Source of the DNA: Candidatus Binatia bacterium
GTDB taxonomy: Bacteria; Desulfobacterota; Binatia; HRBIN30
Assembly: GCA_038245295.1 (NCBI GenBank)
Contig: JBBRSP010000025.1
Span: 20,562 to 84,561 of the forward strand
DNA: 64,000 nt
Direction of reading: 5' to 3'
Positions 46,412-55,926 of the stretch are shown here, in pieces (positions within the stretch are counted from its first letter, which is position 1; each line of letters begins with the position of its first letter). The notes below the pieces were generated by a model. That model was not told the DNA's origin, ran no database searches, and was given only the letters and a program-made list of their open reading frames with translations. Position numbers and translations under genes: made by a program.

Positions 46412-48175
46412 ATGACACCCAACGCACACCAGGAATCAGGGCATCTCGTTGATGTCGACTTGTTATGGAACTTCAAGCGCACCTACGAACGCTTTACCGG
46501 TGGTCTGCTGCGCATCTCGGAGCTGCAAGCAAATCGCTCGACGCTCGAAGCAGCACTCGCCAACGCCGAGAGCTCGGACTCCGAGGATCTCCGGGAAGCG
46601 GCGCGCGCGCTGCGACAGTGGCAGCCACTGCAGAATGCGAATGCCCGACCGGTCGCCGCGAAGGCAACCCCAGCGGCGGTGGAGCAGGTCGAGGCGGCTG
46701 TCGAACGGCACGCGACTGTGTCGCCACTCGCCATTGGAGCCGCGGCGCTCGTCTGCATTGTATTGGCTCTATTGAGCTGGTGGAAATTTAGTGAACCCGC
46801 CGCGGCCCCGGTTGCCGTCGCCAAGCCGCCCATCAAACAGGCAGTGGAGAAGGATGCGGGGCGCGCCGTTGCAGCTGCCGCACCAGTGCCCGTGGCCGCG
46901 GCAGTGCTTCCGGTCCCTGTGGCCTTGCGGATTCACGGCTCGAACACGGTCGGCGAGAAGCTGACGCCGGCGCTCCTCGAGGCATACTTCAAGCAACGCG
47001 GCGCGACCGAGGTCACGCGAACACCCGGGAACGTCGCCGAGGAACAGTATGTTCGCGCGCAGTTGCCCAATACGAGCGCAGCAACGGTGGTCGAGGTTCA
47101 TGCGCACGGCTCCGGTACGGCATTTGCCGACATGGCCGGCGGGGCGACCGACATCGGCCAGGCATCGCGACCGATCAAGCCGGAAGAATTGGACCGTCTG
47201 CGGCCGGTCGTCGGTGATCTGACGGCCGCCGGCAGCGAACACGTCATCGGCTTGGACGGCTTGGCCGTGATCGTTCACCCCAGCAACCCGATGGCCTCGC
47301 TCACGACCGCACAGATTGCCAAATTGTTCAGTGGCGACACCCAGGACTGGTCAGCGGTCGGTGTCGCCAGCGGCGGCAGAGTCAACGTGTACGCGCGCGA
47401 CGATAAGTCGGGGACCTACGACAGCTTCAAGTCGATGGTACTAGAACGATTCACCCTGAAGCTATCGCCTGCCGCCAAGCGTTTCGAATCGAGCACGGAG
47501 TTGTCGGATGCCGTTGCGAGTGACCCGCAGGGCATCGGGTTCATCGGCCTGCCCTACGTCCGAACCGCCAAGGCATTGGCCATCGCAGATCACGATGGGG
47601 CCCAGCCGATCCTGCCCACCGCATTCACCGTCGGCACCGAGGATTACCCGTTGTCACGACGACTGTACTTCTACATGTCGAGCAAGACGGCGACACCGAT
47701 GATCACCGATTTCGTCGACTTTGTCCTCTCCGACGCCGGCCAGGATGTCGTACGCAGCATCGGCTTCGTGTCGCAGAATCTGCAAGCGGCACCGCCGGCA
47801 GCGCTTTCCGACGCACCGCCCGAGTACGCCGCGATCGCGAGCGGCGCCCGGCGCTTGTCCTTGAATATTCGCTTCCGTCCCAACAGCGACGATATGGATA
47901 CCAAGGCGCAGCGCGATTTGAAGCGTATCGTCGACTACCTCGCGGCGCATGGAACAAACCGCGTGACCCTCCTCGGCTTCACCGATACCAGCGGGGACGC
48001 GAAGCAAAACCGTGTGCTCTCGGCGCGACGCGCCAAAGCCGTCGCTGAGGCTCTAACGGCGCGCGGCGTGAATCCGGCGACGGTTCGGGGACTCGGCGCG
48101 ATCATGCCTGTGGCCTCGAACGACAACGACACAGGACGCACTCGCAACCGCCGCGTCGAGGTCTGGCTCAGCTAA
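46412..48175 (+). CDS. PstS-like phosphate-binding domain fused to OmpA peptidoglycan-binding domain, with N-terminal domain and TM helix
   Basis: IHGSNTVG, HGSGTAF, ASRPIK, GLDGLAVIVHP, SGTYDSF, YPLSRRLY; GFTD...LSARRA...NRRVE. Confidence 0.9.
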   Translation: MTPNAHQESGHLVDVDLLWNFKRTYERFTGGLLRISELQANRSTLEAALANAESSDSEDLREAARALRQWQPLQNANARPVAAKATPAAVEQVEAAVERHATVSPLAIGAAALVCIVLALLSWWKFSEPAAAPVAVAKPPIKQAVEKDAGRAVAAAAPVPVAAAVLPVPVALRIHGSNTVGEKLTPALLEAYFKQRGATEVTRTPGNVAEEQYVRAQLPNTSAATVVEVHAHGSGTAFADMAGGATDIGQASRPIKPEELDRLRPVVGDLTAAGSEHVIGLDGLAVIVHPSNPMASLTTAQIAKLFSGDTQDWSAVGVASGGRVNVYARDDKSGTYDSFKSMVLERFTLKLSPAAKRFESSTELSDAVASDPQGIGFIGLPYVRTAKALAIADHDGAQPILPTAFTVGTEDYPLSRRLYFYMSSKTATPMITDFVDFVLSDAGQDVVRSIGFVSQNLQAAPPAALSDAPPEYAAIASGARRLSLNIRFRPNSDDMDTKAQRDLKRIVDYLAAHGTNRVTLLGFTDTSGDAKQNRVLSARRAKAVAEALTARGVNPATVRGLGAIMPVASNDNDTGRTRNRRVEVWLS

Positions 48176-48198
48176 AATCGACCATGGCTCACGGACTG

Positions 48199-48234
48199 CA
48201 TGGGACCTATCGGCCCTATGGGTCCCATAGGTCC
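48199..48234. repeat. Solo 9-bp tandem array
   Basis: CATGGGACC TATCGGCCC TATGGGTCC CATAGGTCC. Confidence 0.7.
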
Positions 48235-48280
48235 CAGCGACCGCCTCGACATCGAAAGCCCACTTTGCCAAGGAGACATC

Positions 48281-48850
48281 GTGGCCGTACCGGAAGAAAC
48301 CGTTGATCGCCTGCTCGCCTTGCTCGGCAATGCCGGCCAGGGCGACTACATCGGCGAGCCGGTATCGCAGGTGGAGCATGCTCTGCAGTGCGCCCACTTC
48401 GCGCGCGCAACCAATGCCGATATCCCGCTCGTGCTTGCGGCTCTGCTGCACGACGTTGGCCACATCTGCGTCGGACCCGAGGCGCCCAGCATGGATGGGC
48501 TCGGTGTCGTCGAGCATGAGGTCATTGGCTCCCGCTATTTGGACGACTTGGGATTCTTCACTGATGTCACCGAGCTGGTCGCCGCCCATGTCCCAGCCAA
48601 ACGCTACCTGTGTTCGAAGAAGAGCGCCTACCTGGCCAATCTTTCCGACGCGAGCCGCCGCACACTGGCACTGCAGGGTGGCGTGATGAGCGAAGCCGAG
48701 GCCGCGGCGTTCGAACAGCATCCCCGTTTCCGCGATATGTTGCGCGTGCGGCAGTGGGACGAGATGGGCAAGGAACCGGATCTTAAGGTGGAGGGACTCG
48801 AGTTCTACCGGCCGATCCTGCTCGCCTACCTGTCGCGCGCCGCGCGATGA
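48281..48850 (+). CDS. phnZ: HD-domain phosphonate oxygenase PhnZ-like
   Basis: YIGEPVSQVEHALQCA, ALLHDVGH, HEVIG, HVPAKRYL, LQGGVMS, WDEMGK; AGGAG RBS before GTG. Confidence 0.85.
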   Translation: MAVPEETVDRLLALLGNAGQGDYIGEPVSQVEHALQCAHFARATNADIPLVLAALLHDVGHICVGPEAPSMDGLGVVEHEVIGSRYLDDLGFFTDVTELVAAHVPAKRYLCSKKSAYLANLSDASRRTLALQGGVMSEAEAAAFEQHPRFRDMLRVRQWDEMGKEPDLKVEGLEFYRPILLAYLSRAAR

Positions 48851-48863
48851 GAGGAGACGTCCA

Positions 48864-49649
48864 ATGCGGCAACTCACCGACCAACAACATCGTGACTGGC
48901 GACAGCACGGCTACGTAGTCATGCCGGGTTACCTGCGCGGGACAAGGTTGACTGAGTTGCTCGACTGGAGCGAACAACTCGAGGCGTGGCCCGAGACACC
49001 CGGCAAGTGGATGAAGTATTTCGAAAAGGGTCCGGCCGACGAGCGCCTGTTGTGTCGTGTCGAGAACTTCATCCCCTATCACGACGGCCTGAACGAACTG
49101 ATCTGCGGCGCTCGCACTTACGATCTGGTCAGCGAACTGATGGACGAGCCGGCCGTGCTGTTCAAAGAGAAGATCAACTTCAAGATGCCAGGCGGTGCCG
49201 GGTTTACGCCTCATCAGGACGCGCCCGCGTTCACGTCGTTCGATCAGACGTATCACATCACGATGCTCATCGCGGTGGATGCGTCGACGGTGGAAAACGG
49301 CTGTCTCGAGATCGTCGACGATCACGCCGCCTGCGAGATGCTGCCGCAAGCGGCCGATGGAACGATTGCGCCCGAAGTCGTCGAGCGGCTCGCGTGGCAT
49401 CCGCTGCCGACGTCGCCCGGCGACATGGTTCTCTTCCACTCCTACGTGCCGCACCGCTCCGGCCCGAATCGCAGCAAAGGTCCGCGACGCGCCTACTACA
49501 TTACATACAATCGCAAATCCGAAGGTGAGCGACGCGACGACTACTACCGCCACAAGCGCAGCGTCTTCCCACCCGATTGTGAACGCCAGCCCGGGGTTGA
49601 TTACTCGGCCGGCGCCGGCGTGTACAACCTCGGCAACCCGATTCACTAA
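48864..49649 (+). CDS. phnY: PhnY-like Fe(II)/2-oxoglutarate dioxygenase (phosphonate hydroxylase)
   Basis: LFKEKINFKMPGGAGFTPHQD, ENGCL, PHRSGPN, YITYN; adjacent to phnZ. Confidence 0.8.
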   Translation: MRQLTDQQHRDWRQHGYVVMPGYLRGTRLTELLDWSEQLEAWPETPGKWMKYFEKGPADERLLCRVENFIPYHDGLNELICGARTYDLVSELMDEPAVLFKEKINFKMPGGAGFTPHQDAPAFTSFDQTYHITMLIAVDASTVENGCLEIVDDHAACEMLPQAADGTIAPEVVERLAWHPLPTSPGDMVLFHSYVPHRSGPNRSKGPRRAYYITYNRKSEGERRDDYYRHKRSVFPPDCERQPGVDYSAGAGVYNLGNPIH

Positions 49650-49676
49650 CCCGCGGCGCACGAGGGAGGAGTCGTC

Positions 49677-50636
49677 ATGTCCGCAGCACGGAGTCGGCGC
49701 ATCCGGATTGTGTTGATCGCGTTACCCATCATTGTGGTGGGCGCTTTGTTGACCGCAATTGTGTTTGGCACGTCGGTGCCGCCGACACCGTTGCCACGTC
49801 GCAACCTTGATCGCAGCGGCCTACCACCGTTGAACCTGTATCGCGCTCGCGATGGTGCGGCGTTGGCCTACCGCTCGTATCCCGGCAACCCTGACCGAGT
49901 GGCGGTCCTCATTCACGGCTCCGGCACCGCAGGCAGTGTCATGAACGGCATTGGCTAGACGCTGCAAGCGGCGAACGCGACGGCCTATGACGTCGATCTC
50001 CGCGGCCACGGCAGCTCGGGGCGGCGCGGTGATATTGACTACATCGGCCAGCTCGATGACGACCTCGCCGACTTCATGGCAACGATTCGTCCGGCACACC
50101 CGAATGCCACGTTCACGCTGATCGGCTTCTCCGCCGGTGGCGCCTTCACCCTGCGCATCGCCGGCAGTCCCACCGGGGACCTCTTCGATCGGTACATCGT
50201 GATTTCCCCAGCGATCACCTTTCCGGCGCAGATCCAGCGTCCCGACGGCGGCGGCTGGGCTACACCTCATCTGCCGCGCATCATTGCTCTCGTCGTCCTC
50301 AACCAAGTTGGAATTCACTTGTTCGACGGACTCGAGGCGATCGCCTTTGCGGTGCCGCCTGGAAATAATGATATGACCGCGGCCTACTCGTTCCGTCTCG
50401 CGATGAACATCGGCAGCCGCGGCTTCGAAAGCGCTTTGGCGCGGACCAATAAGCCGATGACTCTTCTTGCCGGTAGCAAGGACGATCAATTCTTTGCCGA
50501 TCGTTATGAGCCCACTCTCAAACCTCATAAGCCCGACCTTGTGGTGGAGCTCGTCCCCGGTCTCGGCCACGTCGACATGCTCGCCGACCCGGCGTCGCTG
50601 GCAACAATCCGCCGGACGTTCGAGCGCCCCTCGTAG
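49677..50636 (+). pseudogene. Alpha/beta hydrolase interrupted by a single in-frame TAG at 49956-49958
   Basis: LIHGSG...MNGIG*TLQAANATAYDVDLRGHGSS...GFSAGG continues in the same frame. Confidence 0.8.
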
Positions 50637-50733
50637 TCTGGGCAACATCAAAGCAGCGCGTATCTGCTTGTCTTCTCGGTGGATCGGCGCACAATCAACC
50701 TCAGCAGTTCGACAGACAGGGAGGATTACTCCG

Positions 50734-52635
50734 ATGACGACTAACGCACTTCGTCGTGGTCTCGTCGTGGTGATTGTTGCGATCATCACGTTGGCATTCC
50801 AGCACGCCGTACAAGCCGATCAATGCCGGCTGAGTTGCACCAGCGGCCATCCCGTCTGTTCCATGCAGGCGATGGCGGCGGCCAAGGGTTGCCTTCAAGA
50901 CTGCGCCGCCGACCCTACGAACAAGCAGTGCAAGCTGAGCTGCATGACGTCGTTTCGTGACACCCGTAAGGCATGTCGCGCCAGTCGCACCGATTGCATG
51001 ACCAACTGCCCCGCCGTGCCGTCGGTGAGTGGCGATGCATGCACTGGCGATTGCGGAAGCGTCGGCAAATCGTGTTTCGGCGGCACCTTCGACGACGGCA
51101 AGAGGTGTGTCGACAACTGCATCAGTGGCGTCGGTCCCGGCGCCGAACTGGCGACGTGCCTGACACGTTGCGCTGCGGCATTGCGCGGCAGCGGGGCCGC
51201 ATGCCTGGCGCACCTGCAGGGTTGCCTCGCCGAGTGCTCCGGCCCGGTGAGTGGCGCCTGCTTCGACACCATCGCGATGCAGTGCACCACCGAAGCCTGC
51301 GGGCCCGATCAGCCCTGTACACAGCCGAATCAGTTTTGCTCGCCGCGATGTTCCACCACTCCACCGAGCGGTGTCTGCTTCAACTCATCATCTATGGAAT
51401 GTACCCAGGTCGCGTGCTCCTCGGCGCAACCGTGTCCATCGGAAAAACAGAGCTGTGTCCCGGAGTGTCCGATCTTGCCGCCGACCGGCCGATGTGTTGA
51501 TCCGGCAACCAACCAGTGCACCGATCAGCCCTGTGGACCGGGCCGCCGCTGCGCCGCCGAAAACCTGAAGTGTACGTTGCAGTGCCCGCCACCACCCCCG
51601 CCACCGACGCAAGCACCACCATGCAGCGCCGTTCCGTGTGGCGGTCAATGCGTGATCAACCCGCCCTGTCCGAACGGCGAGCCGTGCTCGAAGCGGCCGA
51701 GCTTTCCAGGGCAATGCGCGATCGACGCGTCAGGCGCCTGTCAGTGCGTCCCAGCCTCGCCTCCGCCAACGCCAACGCGGCCAGTCAGGCCGACTCCCAC
51801 ACCCCAGTGTGCTGACGTTCCTTGCGGCGGACGCTGTCTCATCTCGGTACCATGTCCGAATGGCGAGCCGTGCCCAGAGGCACCGGTTCGGATTGGCCAG
51901 TGCACGTCCGACTCCAGCACCGGCACCTGCCAATGCGTCCCGTTCGTGCCACCGACACAACCGCCGAAGCCGACGCCGACACCGCAATGTAGCGGGCTCA
52001 CGTGCGGCGGTGCCTGCCTGCTCGCCCCGAATTGCCCGAACGGAACGGTGTGCCCTGATTTTGTAGTCCGCGGCGAGTGCCGCACCGACTCCGCCGGCGA
52101 GTGCCAGTGTGTGCCCGCCATGCCTCCAACGCCGAAGCCGACGCCGCAAACCACACCGAAGTGCGCGACGGATGCCGACTGCGCCGACAATTCCGGATGC
52201 ACAGCGGATCGTTGTGTCGAGGGTCGGTGTGAGCATGCCTGCCTGTGTGTCAGAGCGGCGGATGCGTCGTGTTGCCCGGGACCGGCGGCATTCTGTGTCC
52301 GGCCGTGTGGCGCTGACGCCGCTGGCTCGTGTGGCGGTGCTTGCCCGTTCGGCACGACGTGTGAAAGCCAACCCAACACGGCAACCGGCTGTGGTTGTGT
52401 GTCCGAAGAGGGCGGTCCGTGCGGCGGCAATATCCTGAATCCGCGGCCGGTGTGCGCCGACGGCCTGGTATGCAAGCAGGTTCTGCCCGACATCGTCGGG
52501 GTCTGCGTCAAACCACAGACGAACTGCATTCCGTTCTTCGCACCCGGCTGCTCGCAGACATCCGACTGCTGTGAACCCTGCGGCCACGCCCCGTGTGCCG
52601 TTTGCATCGGGGGGACGTGCGTCGGCGCGCCGTGA
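50734..52635 (+). CDS. Secreted, extremely Cys-rich repeat protein
   Basis: Signal peptide; three CGG.C....CPNG..C...G.C..D..G.CQCVP modules with PT linkers; GGAGGA RBS. Confidence 0.75.
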   Translation: MTTNALRRGLVVVIVAIITLAFQHAVQADQCRLSCTSGHPVCSMQAMAAAKGCLQDCAADPTNKQCKLSCMTSFRDTRKACRASRTDCMTNCPAVPSVSGDACTGDCGSVGKSCFGGTFDDGKRCVDNCISGVGPGAELATCLTRCAAALRGSGAACLAHLQGCLAECSGPVSGACFDTIAMQCTTEACGPDQPCTQPNQFCSPRCSTTPPSGVCFNSSSMECTQVACSSAQPCPSEKQSCVPECPILPPTGRCVDPATNQCTDQPCGPGRRCAAENLKCTLQCPPPPPPPTQAPPCSAVPCGGQCVINPPCPNGEPCSKRPSFPGQCAIDASGACQCVPASPPPTPTRPVRPTPTPQCADVPCGGRCLISVPCPNGEPCPEAPVRIGQCTSDSSTGTCQCVPFVPPTQPPKPTPTPQCSGLTCGGACLLAPNCPNGTVCPDFVVRGECRTDSAGECQCVPAMPPTPKPTPQTTPKCATDADCADNSGCTADRCVEGRCEHACLCVRAADASCCPGPAAFCVRPCGADAAGSCGGACPFGTTCESQPNTATGCGCVSEEGGPCGGNILNPRPVCADGLVCKQVLPDIVGVCVKPQTNCIPFFAPGCSQTSDCCEPCGHAPCAVCIGGTCVGAP

Positions 52636-52772
52636 ACCGCATGGCATGTGACGACCGGTGAGTTGATCCACCGGGATCTCGCCTCGGCCGTCGCCCAGTC
52701 TTCGCCTGCGTTATCCTGGATGCGCGCGAGATGCGTCGAACCCATTTCACAGGCAAACGTAGGGGCGACGGG

Positions 52773-53240
52773 CTAGGCGGAGGAAGCGGCGACCCGGAAT
52801 ACCGGATACAACGCGGCAACCTTTTCGAACTCCGGGAGCGCTGCATCCTTGTCGACGCACACGTGCGGGCGGGCGCCCGGTGCATTCTGGAGGTAAACTT
52901 TTAGGATCGGGGCACGCTCTTCGGTTGGAACGTCGACGAGGTAGACCTCTTCTCGGCGCCCGTGAACGAGAACGGCCTTGCCCCCGCCGGCACGCACGTT
53001 GCGCACCCAGGCGACCTCTTCGCCGAGCATCGACACCAGGTATCGCTGCCCGTCGACTACGGCCATCACCAAGGGAAAGCTGCTGACCCGGCCGGTTTTG
53101 CGTCCTCGCACTTCCAACGTGACGAAGTTGGAGACGGCACCCGTTGCATGAACCAGCGCCCAGGCTCGATTGAGAATCCTCGCCAGAAGGTTCGGATGCT
53201 GTCCATGATACAACCAGCGATGGAAGTCGCCACGGGCCAT
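52773..53240 (-). CDS. Deazaflavin(F420)-dependent nitroreductase/quinone-reductase-like protein
   Basis: LEVRGRKTG...PL, WVRNVRAGG, YPVFRV. Confidence 0.8.
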   Translation of the reverse strand: MARGDFHRWLYHGQHPNLLARILNRAWALVHATGAVSNFVTLEVRGRKTGRVSSFPLVMAVVDGQRYLVSMLGEEVAWVRNVRAGGGKAVLVHGRREEVYLVDVPTEERAPILKVYLQNAPGARPHVCVDKDAALPEFEKVAALYPVFRVAASSA

Positions 53241-53451
53241 CTCCGTACCACCATGCGACCGCGCCAGTGCTAACTCAACCCGGACCTTGCAAGAGGAGGC
53301 CAAACACCATGCCCAATGCGTCACAGAAGCCGGCGGCGCCCTGCCCTGCTCCCGACCGCGACAAGATCCGGCTCGCAGTTACGACGCCTGGTTCGGGCGC
53401 TGACGTCGCGGACTATTCAGGTTTGAGCTACCCGCCCGGGGCTCGGCCTCA

Positions 53452-53805
53452 CTAGGGTGCGGTCGACCAGACCGGGCGTACTTCGACGATGCCGTGGCTC
53501 GCGCCGGGGCAACGCGCCGCCCATGCCAGCGCCGTGTCCTGATCCGGCACGTCGATGAGGTAATAGCCCCCGAGTTGCTCGCGTGTTTCCGGGTAGGGGC
53601 CGTTGAGCACTTCGGTCTTACCGGCCTGCAGTCGCACGGTGGCAGCAGTGCGCCCCGGTTGCAGTCGGTTGCTGCCACATAACAGGTTGGCCTTGCGTAG
53701 TGCTTCGGTATAGGCGCCGTAGGCCGCAATCCACCCGTCCATCTCGTCGCGGCTCATCGTTTCGAAGCGCCCTTCTTCAGAGTAGAGCAACAGCAGGTAT
53801 TGCAT
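53452..53805 (-). CDS. YciI/DGPF family protein
   Basis: NGPYPETREQLGGYYLIDV...WAARCP...VEVRP. Confidence 0.9.
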   Translation of the reverse strand: MQYLLLLYSEEGRFETMSRDEMDGWIAAYGAYTEALRKANLLCGSNRLQPGRTAATVRLQAGKTEVLNGPYPETREQLGGYYLIDVPDQDTALAWAARCPGASHGIVEVRPVWSTAP

Positions 53806-53977
53806 CGTGAGACTTCTCCCTGGTTGTCGGACGCGGCACCATGCCACGCCTCATAACAATGACGCACGAGAGACGCTGATTTCGACACGCCGCGGCCCGG
53901 GCGAGTTTTTCCAAGCGTCGAAAATCGCGACGCGATGCTCGCCACGCATCCGACACTATGCAACGGGTGCCGCCAAC

Positions 53978-54886
53978 ATGAACCCGCGCGATATCGCCCT
54001 CGCTCTTCTCGTGGCCGTCGTCTGGGGTCTGGCCTTCGTGGCAATCCGTCTTGGACTGAACGGTTTCTCTCCGCCCCAGCTCATGGCGTTGCGGTTTGTG
54101 ATCGCCGCGTTGCCGGCGCTCGTCGTGGCACGGCCAAAGATTTCGTGGGCGATGTTGCTGGCCCTCGGTATGGCGCTGTTCACCGGACAGTTTCTGTTTG
54201 GCTTCTTCGCCATGGCCAACGGCATGCCGCCGGGGTTGGCTTCCGTGGTTGTGCAGACACAAGCATTGTTCACCGTATTATTCGCCGCCGTTCTCTTCGG
54301 TGAGCGACCAGCGCCGCGACAACTCGGTGGACTGCTTACCGCGGTTGTCGGACTCACATTGATTGGTCTAACCGTCGGACGCGGCCTCACCGCCATCGGC
54401 CTGGCGCTTAGCCTCGCGTCGGCAGTCAGTTGGAGTATCGGCAACGTACTTCTCAAGCGCCTTCCCAAGATTCCCAAGGTCGACATGCTGCCGCTGATGG
54501 TTTGGCTAAGCCTGGTGCCGCCCCTGCCCGGCTTGGCGCTGTCGAGTGTTCTCGACGGCGTGTGGGCGTTGCCGGTAGCGTTTACCCACGCCTCCTGGTC
54601 TAGCCTCGGTGCCGTGCTCTATCTCGGCGTCGTCGCCACCGTCGGCGCCTATGCCGTCTGGGGACACCTCTTGCACAAGTATCCGGCCGCATCGGTCACT
54701 CCCTTTGCGATGTTGGTCCCGTGTGTCGCCGCGTTGTCGTCGGCGATCGTTTTCGGCGAGCGTTTCGAGTCGCTGCGGCTGGCGGGAATGGCGACGATGC
54801 TGGTCGGCGTCGGTGTTGCGATACTACCGTTTGGTCCTGGGCGCGGCATCAGAGAGCGTCGCTCGGCGACGCCCATTGTTGATTGA
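53978..54886 (+). CDS. EamA/DMT family transporter
   Basis: WGLAFVAIRLGL...PP..MALRF, ten hydrophobic segments. Confidence 0.9.
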   Translation: MNPRDIALALLVAVVWGLAFVAIRLGLNGFSPPQLMALRFVIAALPALVVARPKISWAMLLALGMALFTGQFLFGFFAMANGMPPGLASVVVQTQALFTVLFAAVLFGERPAPRQLGGLLTAVVGLTLIGLTVGRGLTAIGLALSLASAVSWSIGNVLLKRLPKIPKVDMLPLMVWLSLVPPLPGLALSSVLDGVWALPVAFTHASWSSLGAVLYLGVVATVGAYAVWGHLLHKYPAASVTPFAMLVPCVAALSSAIVFGERFESLRLAGMATMLVGVGVAILPFGPGRGIRERRSATPIVD

Positions 54887-54896
54887 GCGATTTCAC

Positions 54897-54921
54897 GCGC
54901 CACGGAGTGGCGCGCTCCGAT
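54897..54921. repeat. Second copy of the GCGCCACGGAGTGGCGC hairpin, between convergent genes
   Basis: Matches 15845-15869 apart from one base. Confidence 0.65.
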
Positions 54922-55745
54922 CAACGAATAGGCAGGCCAAGACGATCCCAGCGGGTACCGTCTTTGCCGGCCGAGAAGTAGACGCTGCCGGCACGGGCAA
55001 GGATCTGGTCGCGCAGCACAGGGCCAAACTGCCGGCTATCGAGGCTATCGTCGCGATTGTCCCCGAGGACAAAATACAGATCGGCTCCCAGAGTCACCGC
55101 CTCCAGGTTGTCGCGGATGTTCTTGTCGTCTTTGCCGTCACTGAAATACTCGGCGGGGGCCGGTAGAGCCGTGCCGTTGACGAAAACAATCTTCTGGTGG
55201 ATCTCGATCGTCTCGCCGGGTAGTCCCACAACGCGTTTGATCAACAACGGCTCATCCTCGCGAGGCGATTCCAGGAGCACCACCTCGCCGCGCGCCGGCC
55301 CGCGGAAGCGATAGGTCAGCTTGTCGAAGAGGATGAAATCGCCCTGCGGAATCGTCGGCTCCATGGCAAGTGACGGAACCCACAGGCGATCGACGACCAG
55401 GCGAGTCGTCGCCGCCGACACACTCACGGCGAGGAAGATCAGCGCTCCATAGGTGTACCAGCGGTGCAGCCCCGGCACGCCGGGCGGCGACGGGCGCGAT
55501 GCGCCGCGCGCCGCATCGATGAGGCAGACTGGGTACACCGCAAACAGCATGACGAGGAGCGGTAGCGCCATCCACTGCGGTGGACCGAACGCGAGGCACA
55601 CACTTAGAACGATGGGCAGAGCGAAGAAGGCGATGCCACGCGTGTACTGCCGATTGTAGAACTGCCCCACACCTCGGCCGCCAAGGCTCAGCAGCAGCGC
55701 GACCCACCAGGCCCGCGGCCGTTCCGTTTCAATGTACTCGCGCAT
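54921..55745 (-). CDS. lepB: Signal peptidase I
   Basis: VPSLAMEPTI, IKRVVGLPGE, FVLGDNRDDSLDSR. Confidence 0.9.
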   Translation of the reverse strand: MREYIETERPRAWWVALLLSLGGRGVGQFYNRQYTRGIAFFALPIVLSVCLAFGPPQWMALPLLVMLFAVYPVCLIDAARGASRPSPPGVPGLHRWYTYGALIFLAVSVSAATTRLVVDRLWVPSLAMEPTIPQGDFILFDKLTYRFRGPARGEVVLLESPREDEPLLIKRVVGLPGETIEIHQKIVFVNGTALPAPAEYFSDGKDDKNIRDNLEAVTLGADLYFVLGDNRDDSLDSRQFGPVLRDQILARAGSVYFSAGKDGTRWDRLGLPIR

Positions 55746-55926
55746 CGGCGCTATGTACGCATCTGTTCGCCGCGCTGCCAGTACATCACCAGGCTCTATG
55801 TATAAATCGCACCGCAGCACGCCGCAGGCTGAGCTGCGCCCACCTCCGAATGGACAGATGGGGAACATGTGGGTAGGCGCAGGCTTCGGCCTGCGCTGGC
55901 GGAATCGACTCGGCCACGATCGAAAA

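Noticed and set aside
48200..48280. Collagen-like MGPIGPMGPIGP N-terminus on the HD protein
   Set aside because: It is the translation of the 9-bp DNA repeat; a better RBS-supported GTG start lies at 48281
49956..49958. Genome-wide TAG recoding
   Set aside because: TAG serves as the normal stop for sixA, mgsA, bcp and others here
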